NCBI RefSeq assembly: GCF_006345805.1 | Contig: NC_043007.1 | Coordinates: 3,348,001 to 3,412,000, forward strand | Length of the DNA: 64,000 nucleotides | Direction: 5' to 3' | Source of the DNA: Octopus sinensis | Taxonomy: Eukaryota | Part shown: positions 26,291-38,884 of the stretch, one piece after another | How the letters are laid out: every line of letters begins with the position of its first letter | Numbering within the stretch: the stretch's first letter is position 1 | Position numbers and translations under genes: made by a program | The notes under the pieces: model-generated | What the model was told of the DNA's origin: nothing | The model's database searches: none | Seen by the model: the letters and a program-made list of their open reading frames with translations, nothing else

Positions 26291-27436
26291 CTTCACTCTC
26301 CGTTAAATATCTTCTCATTGAAAAGAAGCTTATAAAACCAAACACCACCGTGACTGTTGCAGACATGTAAATTAAATGTGCAAAAGAGGATGCATCAACA
26401 ACTTTATGAAGATTTCACAAGTACCTTCAACACATGGCTTTCTCTTACGCACATATTTCCAAAAAGAAAATTCGATTCTTTGCAGAATAATTCCACAGCA
26501 AAAACGTGATGCGCTAGATTTAAGCTAATTTTTCTGTAATAAATCAACAAATAAGCACGAGATAAAGAAGCATGCCATCTTCCGATTTTCATAAGTCTAC
26601 TCTGTAGGACTGCCTTAAAAGAAGTGGTTAAAGTCTGAAAAATATTTAATGACCATAAAATATCCATAATTAATCCTAGCCAGTTGGCATAAACTATTTT
26701 ACTATGCCAGTAAAATTTGCCAGTTCGTTGCTTTAAATGTACCGTACATTTATCATAGAATCGAGAAAAGCAAAACGAAAACGGCATTGATTAAAATACA
26801 CGCCATAAAACCATCGATGTTGAAAATAGACACTGTGAATAAAATCAACTTGTTTGTTGTTATTTATTCTTATTTTCTATTTTTTTATTTATATATTTTT
26901 CCTTTCTTTTTTATTTTGGTTCGTTGAATCATAAAATCTGCTTTGATATCTTACTGAATACTAACTAAATTCTATACGTTTTGGTTTTTATTGCCACCAG
27001 CTTTGTCTTGAATTAAGCAGATGTATATACCCGATTGTGTCCAACCTTGATTTATGTTCAAATTCGGACAATAAAGACAACACACAATATCACACAAATC
27101 ATTTTTACGCTTTCTTTCTTTTGTATTTTATCGAATGCAATTTGTAATTCTACCCGTCAGAATGTGTCTATGTTTATTATTTGCTATGGGTCTGGGGTTT
27201 TGGGTTTTTTTTTGTTATCACCATTATTATTAGTAGTATCTCACTATGTCTGCCTTTACGTGACTTCATCCACAAAGGTGTACGTTTTATGTTTGCTGTG
27301 TTACCATTTCTCGATGTGTATTTCAATCAGCGAATCAATCTTTTTCGATATATCAGTGTTGCTCTTAAATTATATAATTGTGCAGATAAGAATACATGGC
27401 AATATTGTATGTATACGCCTACACACACACACACAC

Positions 27437-27506
<70 letters not shown>

Positions 27507-27707
27507 TATATATATATATATACATGTGTGTGCGTGTGTGTGTATGTGTGTGTGGTCTGGTGTGATGTTCCTTTATGTGAAAACTTCTCGCCTTTCGACG
27601 AAGAGTGGGTTTCTAACCAAAGCATAAGACTTATTAGGATTTCGATATCAACGAGACAGTCACTTACGTATCTTCAGACGTATGTGTGTGTGTGTGCTAG
27701 CATGCTA

Positions 27708-28109
27708 TTGCCCACAGGGGGCTAAACATAGAAGGGACAAACAAGGAAAGACAAACGGATTAAGTCGATTACATCGACCCCAGTGCGTAACTGGTACTTA
27801 TTTAATCGACCCCAAAAGGATGAAAGGCAAAGTCGACCTCGGCGGAATTTGAACTCAGAACGTAGCGGCTGACGAAATACCTATTTCTTTACTCCCCACA
27901 AGGGGCTAAACACAGACAAACAAGGACAGACAAACGGATTGAGTCGATTATATCGACTCCAGTGCGTAACTGGTATTTTATTTAATCGACCCCGAAAAGG
28001 ATGAAAGGCAAAGTCGACCTCGGCGGAATTTGAACTGAGAACGTAGCGGCTGACGAAATACCGCTAAGCATTTCGCCCGACGTGTTAACTATTCTGCCAA
28101 CTCGCCGCC
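27708..28109 (-). mobile_element. SINE family B, tandem dimer
   Basis: Two central blocks and two tails; junction at 27874-27890. Confidence 0.9.
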
Positions 28110-28579
28110 TTGTGTACAAGCACGCTATTGCCTGCCTGATCTGTGTCTTTAGAGTTATGCATATGTACACATGTACTCTCTCTAAGAGTAACTTCATTAC
28201 TTAATAAAACTGTGAAATGTTTCAAATATTTTACAGCTGTATTTCCTACTTCGTTGTACTTCTCTGGTTTTGCAAAGGCCAGCCTCCCTCGACTGAGGTT
28301 GCGGCATTTTGCTAGTAAACACGGCGTCCAGTAATAACTTATAAATCTAAAGTTATAAGTCCAAATGTTTTATCGGCAGTGATACGTCACTAGGACTTGA
28401 GATATTTTATTTACTTTTCATTAATTTGGCATGGACTCTATATCTATACTCTATGCCACAAAGCATAGGTATTATTTTTTCTTTAACCTCATCTTAAGAA
28501 CAGATCTGTTCTGTCATCATTTTACAAATGTGTTCTCAGAAAGAATCCACCAATAATATATATCCAGTCATTCTAAAAT

Positions 28580-28764
28580 ATAACCACGTGTGTATCGTTC
28601 GCGATTTTTTCCACTTTCTTTTCGACTTACCTCTATTTCTGAAGAAGGGTTTTGCTCGAAACGTAAAATCCTCTTCCTTTCCTTTCCTAGGCGTCTGATA
28701 ATACAGTACTTGTACCACGTCCTCGCGTTGTTGTTTATTCTTGTTTGTTCTTCTTTGTTTGGAT

Positions 28765-28770
<6 letters not shown>
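28580..28770 (+). mobile_element. ~200-bp hammerhead-bearing element abutting a (TA)n tract
   Basis: Homologous to 29298-29500; ends TGGATTCAC followed by (TA)n. Confidence 0.75.
28635..28669 (+). ncRNA. Minimal type I hammerhead ribozyme
   Basis: AUUU-CUGAAGA-A-GGGU(UUU)GCUC-GAAA-CGU-A-AAAU. Complete core, GUA triplet, palindromic stem III ACGU. Confidence 0.75.
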
Positions 28771-28848
<78 letters not shown>

Positions 28849-29297
28849 GTAGAGTAGATCTTACATTTCATATCTTAATTCCGAGAAGCTTAAAGATGGA
28901 ATATATATATTTAATCCTACAAGATTATCCGAAGGTTATCAGCTTTCAGATTTCTTCAACAAAAAGTATAAGGTGTTCACTGCTAGTCAAAACAACAATA
29001 CAAACAAACAATCATTTTCAGGCAGTAAGTTTCGCTATATTTTATTTTAACAATGACATTGTGAGACGTTGCAATCAACCCTTCCATTCAATCTGAAGAT
29101 AGTGGCCAAGTTTTCTATAGCTTTGATTATAGTCTCTTTCACTAGTTTGATTTCTTCTAATCCAGATAAATCGCACCGGAGAATCTCTAATATTGTAAAC
29201 TCCTTTTCTCTAGTTGTTTGTTGGATCTAATGATATTGCAACTATCACAGGTATTTATTCATGCATGTATGCAGGTATATATATATAAGTATATTCA

Positions 29298-29500
29298 ATA
29301 TGTGGCCGCGTGTGTATCGTTGGCGATTTTTTTTCCTCCGTCTTCCCTTCCTTGGATCTTTCCTTTTCCTATGTTTCTGACGAAACGTGAAATCCTCCTT
29401 CTTTCCTTCCTTTCCTGAGCGTCCAATAACACTATACTTGTTCCACATCCTCGCGTTGATGTGTTTTCTCTGTGTGTTTTCATGTTTGGATTAACTTTAT
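29298..29500 (+). mobile_element. Second copy of the 28580 family with ribozyme stem II deleted
   Basis: GTGTATCGTTGGCGATTTT...TTTCTGACGAAACGTGAAATCCTCC...CCTCGCGTTG...TGGATTAAC. Confidence 0.75.
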
Positions 29501-30456
29501 ATATGTAAGTATGTGTATGAAATTGTATGTATGCATAGAAGCATAGAAGCTGGAAGAATAAAGAGAGGGCTGGATGAAGGGAAGGAGAGATTAACGGCTG
29601 AACGGGGACAGACAGAGATGAATGTATGGAAATATGTATACTCCATCAAAAGGAACTATTTTAACTGGAACTGAAATATTCTCCTCTAAAGTATTTTTGT
29701 TTCCTATTCTCTGCTCAGTTCCAAAATACTTCACTAGTTAGATACTGGACTAGCAGAACTGATCATGTTAAAATATGTTATGCAATCACCAGACTGTTTA
29801 TTAGAATCATAAATACTCATGACTGCTGTAAACTCGTAATCGTTATCGACTCAAGTTGAAAATCTAAACTACATAATTATCTCTGGAAACATGTTTTATT
29901 TGTTCAATTCCAACGCAGTTTTTCAATTTTTTAGTTTTAATTTTCTTACCTGTCTTCAGTTTATCGTAATTCACTTGGTTAACTCTAATTCGTTGTGACT
30001 CTTTTTTAGTTTAGTTTAAAACAAAAAAACTTGGATGAAACAATTAAAAACGGGAAACTAAAATATAATCATTTCTTCCAAATTTATGCGAGCAATTAGT
30101 TTGTTTGTTTCGGTTAAGTTTATTTATCCAATCGCTTTAACTAATAAGTTTCCATTCATTACTGAACACTATGTTGTGGTTGAAGGATTCTGCATTGCAC
30201 AACATTCTAGATATTAAAGCAGCTAAAAAGTGGAGAGGATTTGCCTAATATCTCTGGGGAAACACAAACAACGCATTAAGATTATCGATTTCTTTCCTTT
30301 TACAGATTTTACTTGTTATTGCATTTCTGCCTTTTTTTTCTTTTTTTTGCGTTTTTTGTTGCTTACTTTTTAGCTGTTATTTCTGTTGTTGTGTTATCGG
30401 AGGTGGTTGACACAAACGATAAAGCGTTCTTAGATAGATACAAAGATAGATTTGTA

Positions 30457-30494
30457 AACACACACACACACATACACACATATATATATGTATG

Positions 30495-30540
<46 letters not shown>

Positions 30541-30554
30541 TATATATATATATG

Positions 30555-30595
<41 letters not shown>

Positions 30596-30596
30596 G

Positions 30597-30652
<56 letters not shown>

Positions 30653-30879
30653 ATATATATATATATATATACACACATATATATATATATATGTATGTAT
30701 GTATGTACGTATGTAAGTATATATATATATATATGTGTGTGTGTATATATATACATACATATATAATGTAGATATATATATATATATTAACACCTTATCG
30801 CCAAGCTAATATGGCAGTCCATAAATATAGGAGGAAAGCTGCCGTTGATTAGTTCCAAGAGTTCCAAGAGGCCTATGTA

Positions 30880-30933
<54 letters not shown>

Positions 30934-31000
30934 GATATGTATATATATGTATATATATGTATGTATGTATATATATATTATATGCATATGTGTGTGTAGA
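30457..31000. repeat. (TA)n/(TATG)n field containing a partial MITE copy (30790-30874)
   Basis: 30790-30874 matches one end of the MITE at 45601-45769. Confidence 0.85.
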
Positions 31001-31235
31001 AATGTCTGTGTGCGTGTGAGATAGAGAGAGGCTGGGAGAGAGAGAAGCAGGCTGTCGTCTTTCAATATTAAGCGTCGTTCGAGGTCGACTTTGTCTTTCA
31101 TCCATTTAAGGGTCGATAAAATAATCATCAGTTAAGCATTTGGGGGGTCGATATGATCGACTGACCCCCACCCCCACCCCATCCCCAGAACATGCTGGCC
31201 TTATGCCAAAATATCAAACTAATATCAATCGTTGG

Positions 31236-31823
31236 TAGGCGACGAACTGGCAGAACCGTTAGCACGCCGGGCGAAATGCTTACCGATGTTTCGTCTGTCT
31301 TTACGTTCTGAGTTCAAATACCATCGAGGTCGACCTTTCCTTTCATCCTTCCGGGGTCGTTAAATTAAGTAACAGTTGCGTACTGGAGGTCGATCTAATC
31401 GAATGGCCCCCTCCCCAATGATTTCAGTCCTTGTGCCTAGAGTAGAAAAGAATCGTTAGCACGCCGGGCGAAATGCGTAGCCGTTACGTCCTGAGTTCAA
31501 ATTCCGCCGAGGTCGACTTTGCCTTTCATCCTTTCGGGGTCGATTAAATAAGTACTAGTTACGCCCTGGGGTCGATGTAATCGACTTAATCCGTTTGTCT
31601 GTCCTTGTTTGTTCTATCCTTGTTTGTCCTCTCTGTGTTTAGCCCCTTGTCAGTAGTAAGAAATAGGTATTTTGTCTATGTTCTGAGTTCAAATTCCGCC
31701 GAGGTCGACTGTACTCTTCATCCTTTACTAGTCGATAAAATAAGTACCAGTTAACTACTGGGTAGATGCAATTGACTTATCATCTCCCCCGAAATTACTG
31801 GTCTTGTGCCAAAATTTGAAAGC
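31236..31823 (+). mobile_element. SINE family B cluster (three units)
   Basis: Heads at about 31236 and 31450; restart junction at 31658-31672. Confidence 0.85.
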
Positions 31824-32005
31824 AACATTAAGCTACGAAAAAATTGCTTTGTAGTATTTATTTTGGCTCTCTACGATCTAAATTGAAATCCCGTGAAATA
31901 CAACTGTGCATTTTACACTTCCGGGATCGCTAAAATACTGTCCTAATTAAGTACTAAGCTTGATTTAATCATCAATCCCTCTCCCCACCCCTCAGAAATT
32001 GTATG

Positions 32006-32220
32006 AAGGCGGCGAGCTGACAGAGACGTTAGCACGCCGGTAGAAATGCTTAGCGGAATTTCGTCTGTCTTAACATTCTGAGTTCAAATTCCGCCAATGT
32101 CGTCTTTTCCTTTCATCCTTTCGGGATCGATAAATTAAGTACCAGTTGCGTACTGGTGTCAATCTAATCGACTGGCACCCTCTCCCAAAATTTTGGGCCT
32201 TGCGCCTAGAGTAGAAAAGA
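32006..32220 (+). mobile_element. SINE family B copy
   Basis: Head AAGGCGGCGAGCTGACAGAGACGTTAGCACG, central block and short tail. Confidence 0.85.
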
Positions 32221-32865
32221 ATATCATAGAATGCATCATATTAAAGGTGTCCTTGCCAGGCAGGTGATTTGATCTGAGATTATGTTTTTAACCTAAAGCA
32301 ATTACAACGTCCAAGACACATAAAGACTCTTAACTTCACTTAAATATTTATCACTTGGATCAAAATTTTCGTAGGGCCAACTACAACCTAATCACTGACA
32401 TGGTTTGTGGTGAGGTTGTTGGGGCGCATCATATAAGTTCCAGGGTCATCATTTATCCATATATAGAAGTCAGTCGTTCTGTTTGAGTGCCGCAGTTGGT
32501 CGGTTAATATTAATATTAGGTAAACTATGAAAACACTAAAATATATTTAGTAACAATTCTCTTTGTCCCTAGAGGCGCCACGGTGAAAGCCTGTCGGTGG
32601 TCGCAAGATCTGCTAGAAATAGCTGCCAAATCCCCATTACCACCCTATAATAATATGCAGGAGTTATTAAAATCGATCGACACAATGAATTATTTTGTTA
32701 TGGTTACGTAAGGATTATAGGATTATGGAATGTTAATGATTGTTATACCTTTGAAGATACGTTTACTCGATCAGGGATAATTTGACGATAAGCCCCAAAC
32801 TTTCAAGGAAATGCTCGGATATTTAATGTAATTCGTTTCTTCTCGTTTTTGTCTTTGTTTGTTTG

Positions 32866-32946
<81 letters not shown>

Positions 32947-35063
32947 CGTGCGTGTGTGTGTGTGTGTGTGTTTTAAATATTGTTCACCTGGTGTCTGTGA
33001 AAAGCTTCTGTCTATGGAAAGTTTCTGCTACAATATAAAGATAAACATTTTATCATCCATCAACCAATTCCCGAAACATAGAAACATAAACATCGACTGA
33101 AACGGTTTAAAAGGCAACAAATGTATTTCAAAAAAAACTACAAAACTACAAAGAATTCTTACAATACAATAACAACCAGTAAAATAAATAACGGAGAGAA
33201 ATCGATAATCTTCATGTGGTGCTTCTCATTCAATTCACCACAAATACGTTTTGTAAAAGACACAAACTTCACACCGTACCACCAAAACCAATGTACAGCC
33301 CTCTGTTTTACTTTCTCTGCTTGAATTAGTAACCGAATATCTCAAATCAGATGCTATTGCTTAAAATCAGTGAATGATACAATGCCTCGGACAGTTCTGG
33401 ATACGATAACCTGGGCAAAATATAATGACATAATGGTCTAGGATGGAATGATCTTGGTGATCAATACAATCGATCAATCCTGACATCTGGCTTAGCAGAA
33501 TCAACTTTTCCACAATCTAACAATATCGTTTTTTCCTTTCTCTTCACCTATTTCTGGTTTCTATATTCTAATAAAGAATAAAATAACAGAAATTACAATA
33601 CCCGATATTTTCCAGTTCCATCTTTACTTTAATGAGTCTGTCTGAGGTCGTTATTTCTGATTACTGCCAAACCAGAATTTGGAAAATTACTGTCGAAAGT
33701 AATGGCAGAATGAAAATGAATTATTCTGTGAATGTGACTACAATCTTTGTTTCCGTTTTCTTTTAGCTTATAATTGAGCTTGCTGCTATTGTTGTAGTCG
33801 TTAAAATTGGATCATAGCCATGCTTTCCCTATCATTTCTTAACTTTTTTTTAAAATTTTCTCTCACTTGTCTGGATATTTGCATTTGTTTGCAACATATT
33901 TAGAACATTTTAAAACTTGCTAAATTCCAAGGAAGAATTGTTTTTCTCTTCGCTGCCAAATATTTTCCATTCCGTTCGTCAGTTTTATATTTATTTCATT
34001 TGATTCTTGCTGTAAGACAGGACGGTCTGAACAGATATTAAGGCGCCTCATGAATAAGGGAAAGATCAAATTGGCATATATTTCGGTTCAAGAGATAATT
34101 TAGCAAAGTTTTATCATATTGATTTTTCACATCAATGCAAAACCATACATTTCACTAAGGAAGTTTCGAGAATAGATTAAGTGGAATTAATGCCTTTCTC
34201 AATGACATTTTCGATAAAAATCTATTGACCGTAATCGAAAATTGGTTTTGTTCTAGTAGAAGCTAAAGTAGAATACTTAAGCTACAATAAGACATCAAAT
34301 ATTAGGATCATTAAAAAGTTAAGAGATAAAGAACTATTAGTTTTCCGCAGGTCATCCCGAGATACCCCTGGAGATACATCATTGTGTCGGGACTTTCAAC
34401 AATCAGCCTCCCTTACACAGGCAATCTAGCCATGACGGATCAAGTACCGGTATATTTCCAGTTCGTATTACTGAAATAACTGGAAGCCCTGGTTGCGCCG
34501 TCCCTTCCACATCTCACATCTTCTGCCCCTTCCACAGCTCACATCTCCTGATCTACAATCACCTTGATACAACCTCTGCTGCTGCCACAGCCAACTTTCT
34601 GTGATGAGTAAGAATTCAAATACTTTTTCATTGTATGATATCGACGTTTTTAACCCATTGCATTATTATTTTTAGCTAGGTTTTTAATGCTATTTGCATT
34701 AAGTATTTTAAAAGTAATTTATTGTACCTTCCATCTGAATAGTGTCCCTGAGTTATATATTCTGTTATTTATTGTGTACAATTACGCATAATTCAATAAA
34801 CTAATGGATTAATAGATTCTCATGGAACATTCACGGTTATAAAAATTCAGTCGATATCTCGAATTAAGCTACATTTCGGGGATTAAATAAAACGCGTTTT
34901 AGTTTCTCGTTATTATATAACACTTAATTAAATATGCATTTAAATATATACGTAAATCAATTAATACATGGACAGTTGTATATAATGTACATTTCTACTC
35001 AGTGCTCAGCGAATTGATTGGCCTGTCATAGTTTTAAAGGAATACAGAATCATACCGAAAGTA

Positions 35064-35628
35064 TTGGGTTGTCCGAAAAGTTCCTACCGATTTTTAAAGG
35101 AAAGAGAAAGCTCACTAAATACTTGCCATTACATTTTTAATCAACCAAATATGAACCATTTTGTTGCACAATGTGTCTCCATCTTTCCTTTAACTTGAAA
35201 ATACCCTCTTCTCAGAATTGAGGTGGTTTCATGGCAAAGAATTCATCAAGGTATCTTTTTATGTCATCTAAGGAATTGAAATTTTTACCATTATGACTGT
35301 TCTGCAGAGACCTGAATAAGTGGAAATCGAAGGAGCAATATCTGGTGAATATGGAGGGTGGGGTAACACATCCCAGCCGAGCTGCAGCAATTTTTGTCTG
35401 GTTCCCAAAGCATCAAGTGCCGAAAAGGAACTTTCTTTTCTTCCATTTTAAAGGGTTACAGAATTAACACAGGTTATAGGAACATAAACCTTCTTCCACG
35501 AAAAGATAGCTAAAACTGTACTCTAAATGGGGGTGTAGTCAAATCTTATTTTATGGACTCAACCATGTTCTAAAATAAGTCGAAAGGTAAGCTGTTATAA
35601 ATCGGAACGAACTTTCTGGACAACCCAA
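35064..35628 (-). mobile_element. Mariner (DD34D-type) element, internally deleted (565 bp)
   Basis: TIRs TTGGGTTGTCCGAAAAGTTC and GAACTTTCTGGACAACCCAA, with TA TSD. The minus strand gives ...HLFRSLQNSHNGKNFNSLDDIKRYLDEFFAMKPPQF*EEGIFKLKERWRHIVQQNGSYLVD*. Confidence 0.93.
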
Positions 35629-36171
35629 TAGTATAGCAGGTAATTGTCATTGCTACGCTTGCGGGTGGGCCTACAGAGAGAGAGAGGGATAGGGAGAGAG
35701 GGAGGGGATGTACACTTCCAGTCATATGTTTATATATATGCATCTATGAGTCAAGAGTAAAATGCTATAAAAGGAAATTGTTTTTAGAGACAGCAAAAAG
35801 TTGATAGAATTAGAGGGAAATGAAGCAGAGATTTGATTGAATTTGCAATACACTCGAATTTGTCATTAATTTCAGTCAGTCATTAGAAACAACGTTATTG
35901 TGTCACACCTTCAGTGACATTAGGACGATCGAAGCGATTCCAGTTATTTCAGTAATGCTAAAATAATCTTTCCCGCTGATCTTCGAATCTGTAAGTAGAA
36001 GAGCATAATAGGCACATCATAGGCATTATCTTGTCTAATCACCTTCGTCTTACCCTTAATAGTATTGTCACTGATGTTTCTATCAGGGTTTTTAACCTAA
36101 CACCTTTTGAGGATAGCTTTAATAATCATGTCCCGTACCACAACCTGGCTCTCAGGAATAGCGGCTTCCGG

Positions 36172-36403
36172 GATTTACATTTGACGATATTTGTCCTCAT
36201 CTTGTTTGTTGGTAACACAATATTTCGGCTGATATACCCTCTAGCCTTCATCAGGTGTCTTGGGGAAATTTTGAACCTGGGTTCTCATTCCTAAGATATT
36301 TTTTCTATGTTATTATTATTATTATTAATCAGGTCATTGCCTGGAATCGAACTCAGAATCTTGGGGTTAGTAGCCTGCGCTCTTAACCACTACGCCATAT
36401 GCC
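36172..36403 (-). mobile_element. tRNA-headed element containing a hammerhead ribozyme
   Basis: Head 36403-36332 has box A TGGCGTAGTGG and box B GTTCGATTCC. An (AAT)n spacer follows, then the HHR at 36259-36214. Confidence 0.8.
36214..36259 (-). ncRNA. Minimal type I hammerhead ribozyme
   Basis: GACAC-CUGAUGA-A-GGCU(12 nt)AGCC-GAAA-UAU-U-GUGUU. Stem I is 5 bp; stem III is the palindrome AUAU. Confidence 0.75.
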
Positions 36404-36407
36404 CGGT

Positions 36408-36545
36408 GGCATATGGCGTAGTGGTTAAGGCTAGGGTATATTAGCCGAAACGTGTTAACAACAAACAAAATGAGGACAAATATCCGTCAAATGTAAATAA
36501 TGTAAATAATGCACATAATTCCTCATCTCTTAAATACAGAACTGT
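36408..36545 (+). mobile_element. Internally deleted, divergently oriented sister copy of the tRNA-HHR element
   Basis: The first 22 nt of the head are fused to GCTAGGGTATATTAGCCGAAACGTGTTAAC...GTCAAATGTAAATAATGTAAATAATG. Confidence 0.8.
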
Positions 36546-36884
36546 AAGATCTCATATGTTCCCAATACTACGCTAAAAACAAAAGTCACACTTCTCTTTC
36601 CTAGTGCAAAATCTAAGCTCGCCAGGCCTGCCTCTACCTGTTCACATCCAATCATCCTACAGCTGAATTCCCTTACGGCCAGTACTCGCTCAGTATTCTG
36701 GCTGCTTCGGAGGTTGAATAACCTCCAGCCTCCCCGGGAAAACCTGTCTATCACTACGCCCTCCAATAGCAGAAAACGGGAGATCTTATGGGGTCCTACT
36801 CAGAAAACTGGTGTTGGAAAATGGATGTAACCGTGATAATCTGTTGATCTGATGAGCTGGCCTTTTGTACCTCCATTGGCTTGT

Positions 36885-37273
36885 GGATGGATGGAAGCAC
36901 TCCGTCGGTTACGACGACGAGGGTTCTAGTTGATCCAAATCAACGGAACAGCCTGCTCGTGAAATTAACGTGTAAGTGGCTGAGCACTCCACAGACACGT
37001 GTACCCTTAACGTAGTTCTCGGGGATATTCAGCGTGACACAGAGAGTGACAAGGCCGGCCCTTTGAAATACAGGTACAACAGAAACAGGAAGTAAGAGTG
37101 AGAGAAAGTTATGGTGAAAGAGTACAGCAGGGATCACCACCCCCTGCCGGAGCCACGTGGAGCTTTTAGGTGTTTTCGCTCAATAAACACTCACAACGCC
37201 CGGTCTGGGAATCGAAACCGCGATCCTACGACCGCGAGTCCGCTGCCCTAACCACTGGGACATTGCGCCTCCA
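36885..37273 (-). mobile_element. SINE family A, full length, 11-bp TSD
   Basis: TSD CATTGGCTTGT at 36874-36884 and 37274-37284. Confidence 0.92.
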
Positions 37274-38139
37274 CATTGGCTTGTAAAATGTACAATAGTA
37301 GTAAGCAATTTATAATATACACACTAGTGCAGGTATGTAAATATATTTATAATGGGATAAATTATTCCTCGACGATGTTGGCTGCGAAACGAAAGTCATC
37401 CTTTGGATAACAACTGATAAAATAGATATTTTCATCTCATTTCTTCATATTATATATATATATGATAACCTTCGCCTGTTTAGATACCACTAAAGTTAAG
37501 ATACAACCTAGCACCTCCGATACGTTTTGAGAAGTTCGCCCTGGTGCAAGCGTTCGGATCAGATTTCTTATTTGAAAATAACCATTCTCACCCATTCCGT
37601 CAGCCCTGTAACGGGACATACTGCCTTCTTTTTTGTCTAATGATAAACATTTATATTATCAAATAGTTTTCATATGATTCATATATAAATGATTTGTGTA
37701 ATTATTTCATAATACCGGCTAACTTGTTTAAACAAGGTCTCATTAATAATCTAATATACCTATGTTTTAGGTATAACTTTTAGTTTTATTTCTATATAAA
37801 CACTTTAATCACCAGTATATACATTAATCTCCAATATTAAATATTTATTATTATTTGTTTAAACCGCTGACGTCTTGCTGTTTTGGTAACGGTTCTTTAT
37901 ATGTTCTGAGTTCAATGAGGTTGTATTAGATTTTCAGCTTTCCAATATCGATCGTAGCTGCCTGTGAAATGTGTGAATGTGTGTGTGAGTACATATACAT
38001 ATTTCGAGCTACAACGTCATCTTCGACTTTGAGACAACGAAGGTCAACACCTTTAAGGAGATTAGAGCCAAGTTAGGAAACAAACCCATGTTTTTCGTGT
38101 GGAAGTCTACACCCGAGAAAAAACTGCCCATTTAAGAAA

Positions 38140-38850
38140 GTACTCACTTTACTTGTAGTTGTGGCGACATTCACCCTGGGCGGGTTGAGTCGGCTTCTTC
38201 TACCACCCTCGAGGCAGCCCACGCACGACGGTCCTGCGCCAGTTCACTGGAGATTGCGAGCCAGTCACGGTTCCATCGGCGCAGGCCGACCACCTGCGGA
38301 CCCGTGAGCACGGGGAGCTCCTCCTTGATCGTCGTAGCCCAGGTCTTTAGCTGCCCGCCGGCGCGTTTTCGCCAGTTGGGAAGTGGAGTTGGGAGAAGGA
38401 CATCACGGCTCAGTTCACCCACCGGACGCCTACATGCATGGCCAAACCACCGCAAGTGCCGTTGAAGAAGGACAGATGGAAGGGGCCGCAGAGACAAGTG
38501 AAGTCTGAGATTGGCGGTGGGAACTCGATCCACCCGACTGGCAGCGAAGAAGCACTGGAGGCAGTCATTGTCGAAGACTTCCAGCCTTCGTTGATCGACC
38601 ACCCACATAGGCCACGTTTCACAGCCATAGAGAGGTAATGTACGAACGACGGCCTGATATATTCGCCCTTTGGTCCCCGATGAGATCTTCCTTCGGTCCC
38701 ACACACACCGCTTTAGGCGTCCAAAGGCAGATCGAGCAGCATTGATGCGATGATCGACCTCGGCTGCACCCTGACCGTTTGGGATCACCGTTGAGCCCAA
38801 GTAGACGAAAGACTCCACACCCTCCAGGTCCTCGCCCGCGAAAGATATTG
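38140..38850 (-). mobile_element. RTE-clade LINE, 5'-truncated 3' end
   Basis: Uninterrupted 215-aa frame with ESFVYLGS, RINAARSAFGRL, LYGCETW and LRWFGH motifs. The short 3' UTR ends CTACAAGTAAAGT. Confidence 0.92.
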
Positions 38851-38884
38851 GCTGCTAGATGTCAGTCGGAACCAACGACCTCAT

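Noticed and set aside
27630-27682. Minus-strand CUGAAGA...GAAA pair
   Set aside because: Stems II and III do not pair.
29090-29145. CTGAAGA followed by a TAGTG/CACTA stem
   Set aside because: The stem is followed by GTTT, not GAAA.
36332-36403. Functional tRNA gene
   Set aside because: The acceptor stem pairs poorly, ACT is an atypical anticodon and there is no terminator. It is the head of a repeat, as are the family A heads.
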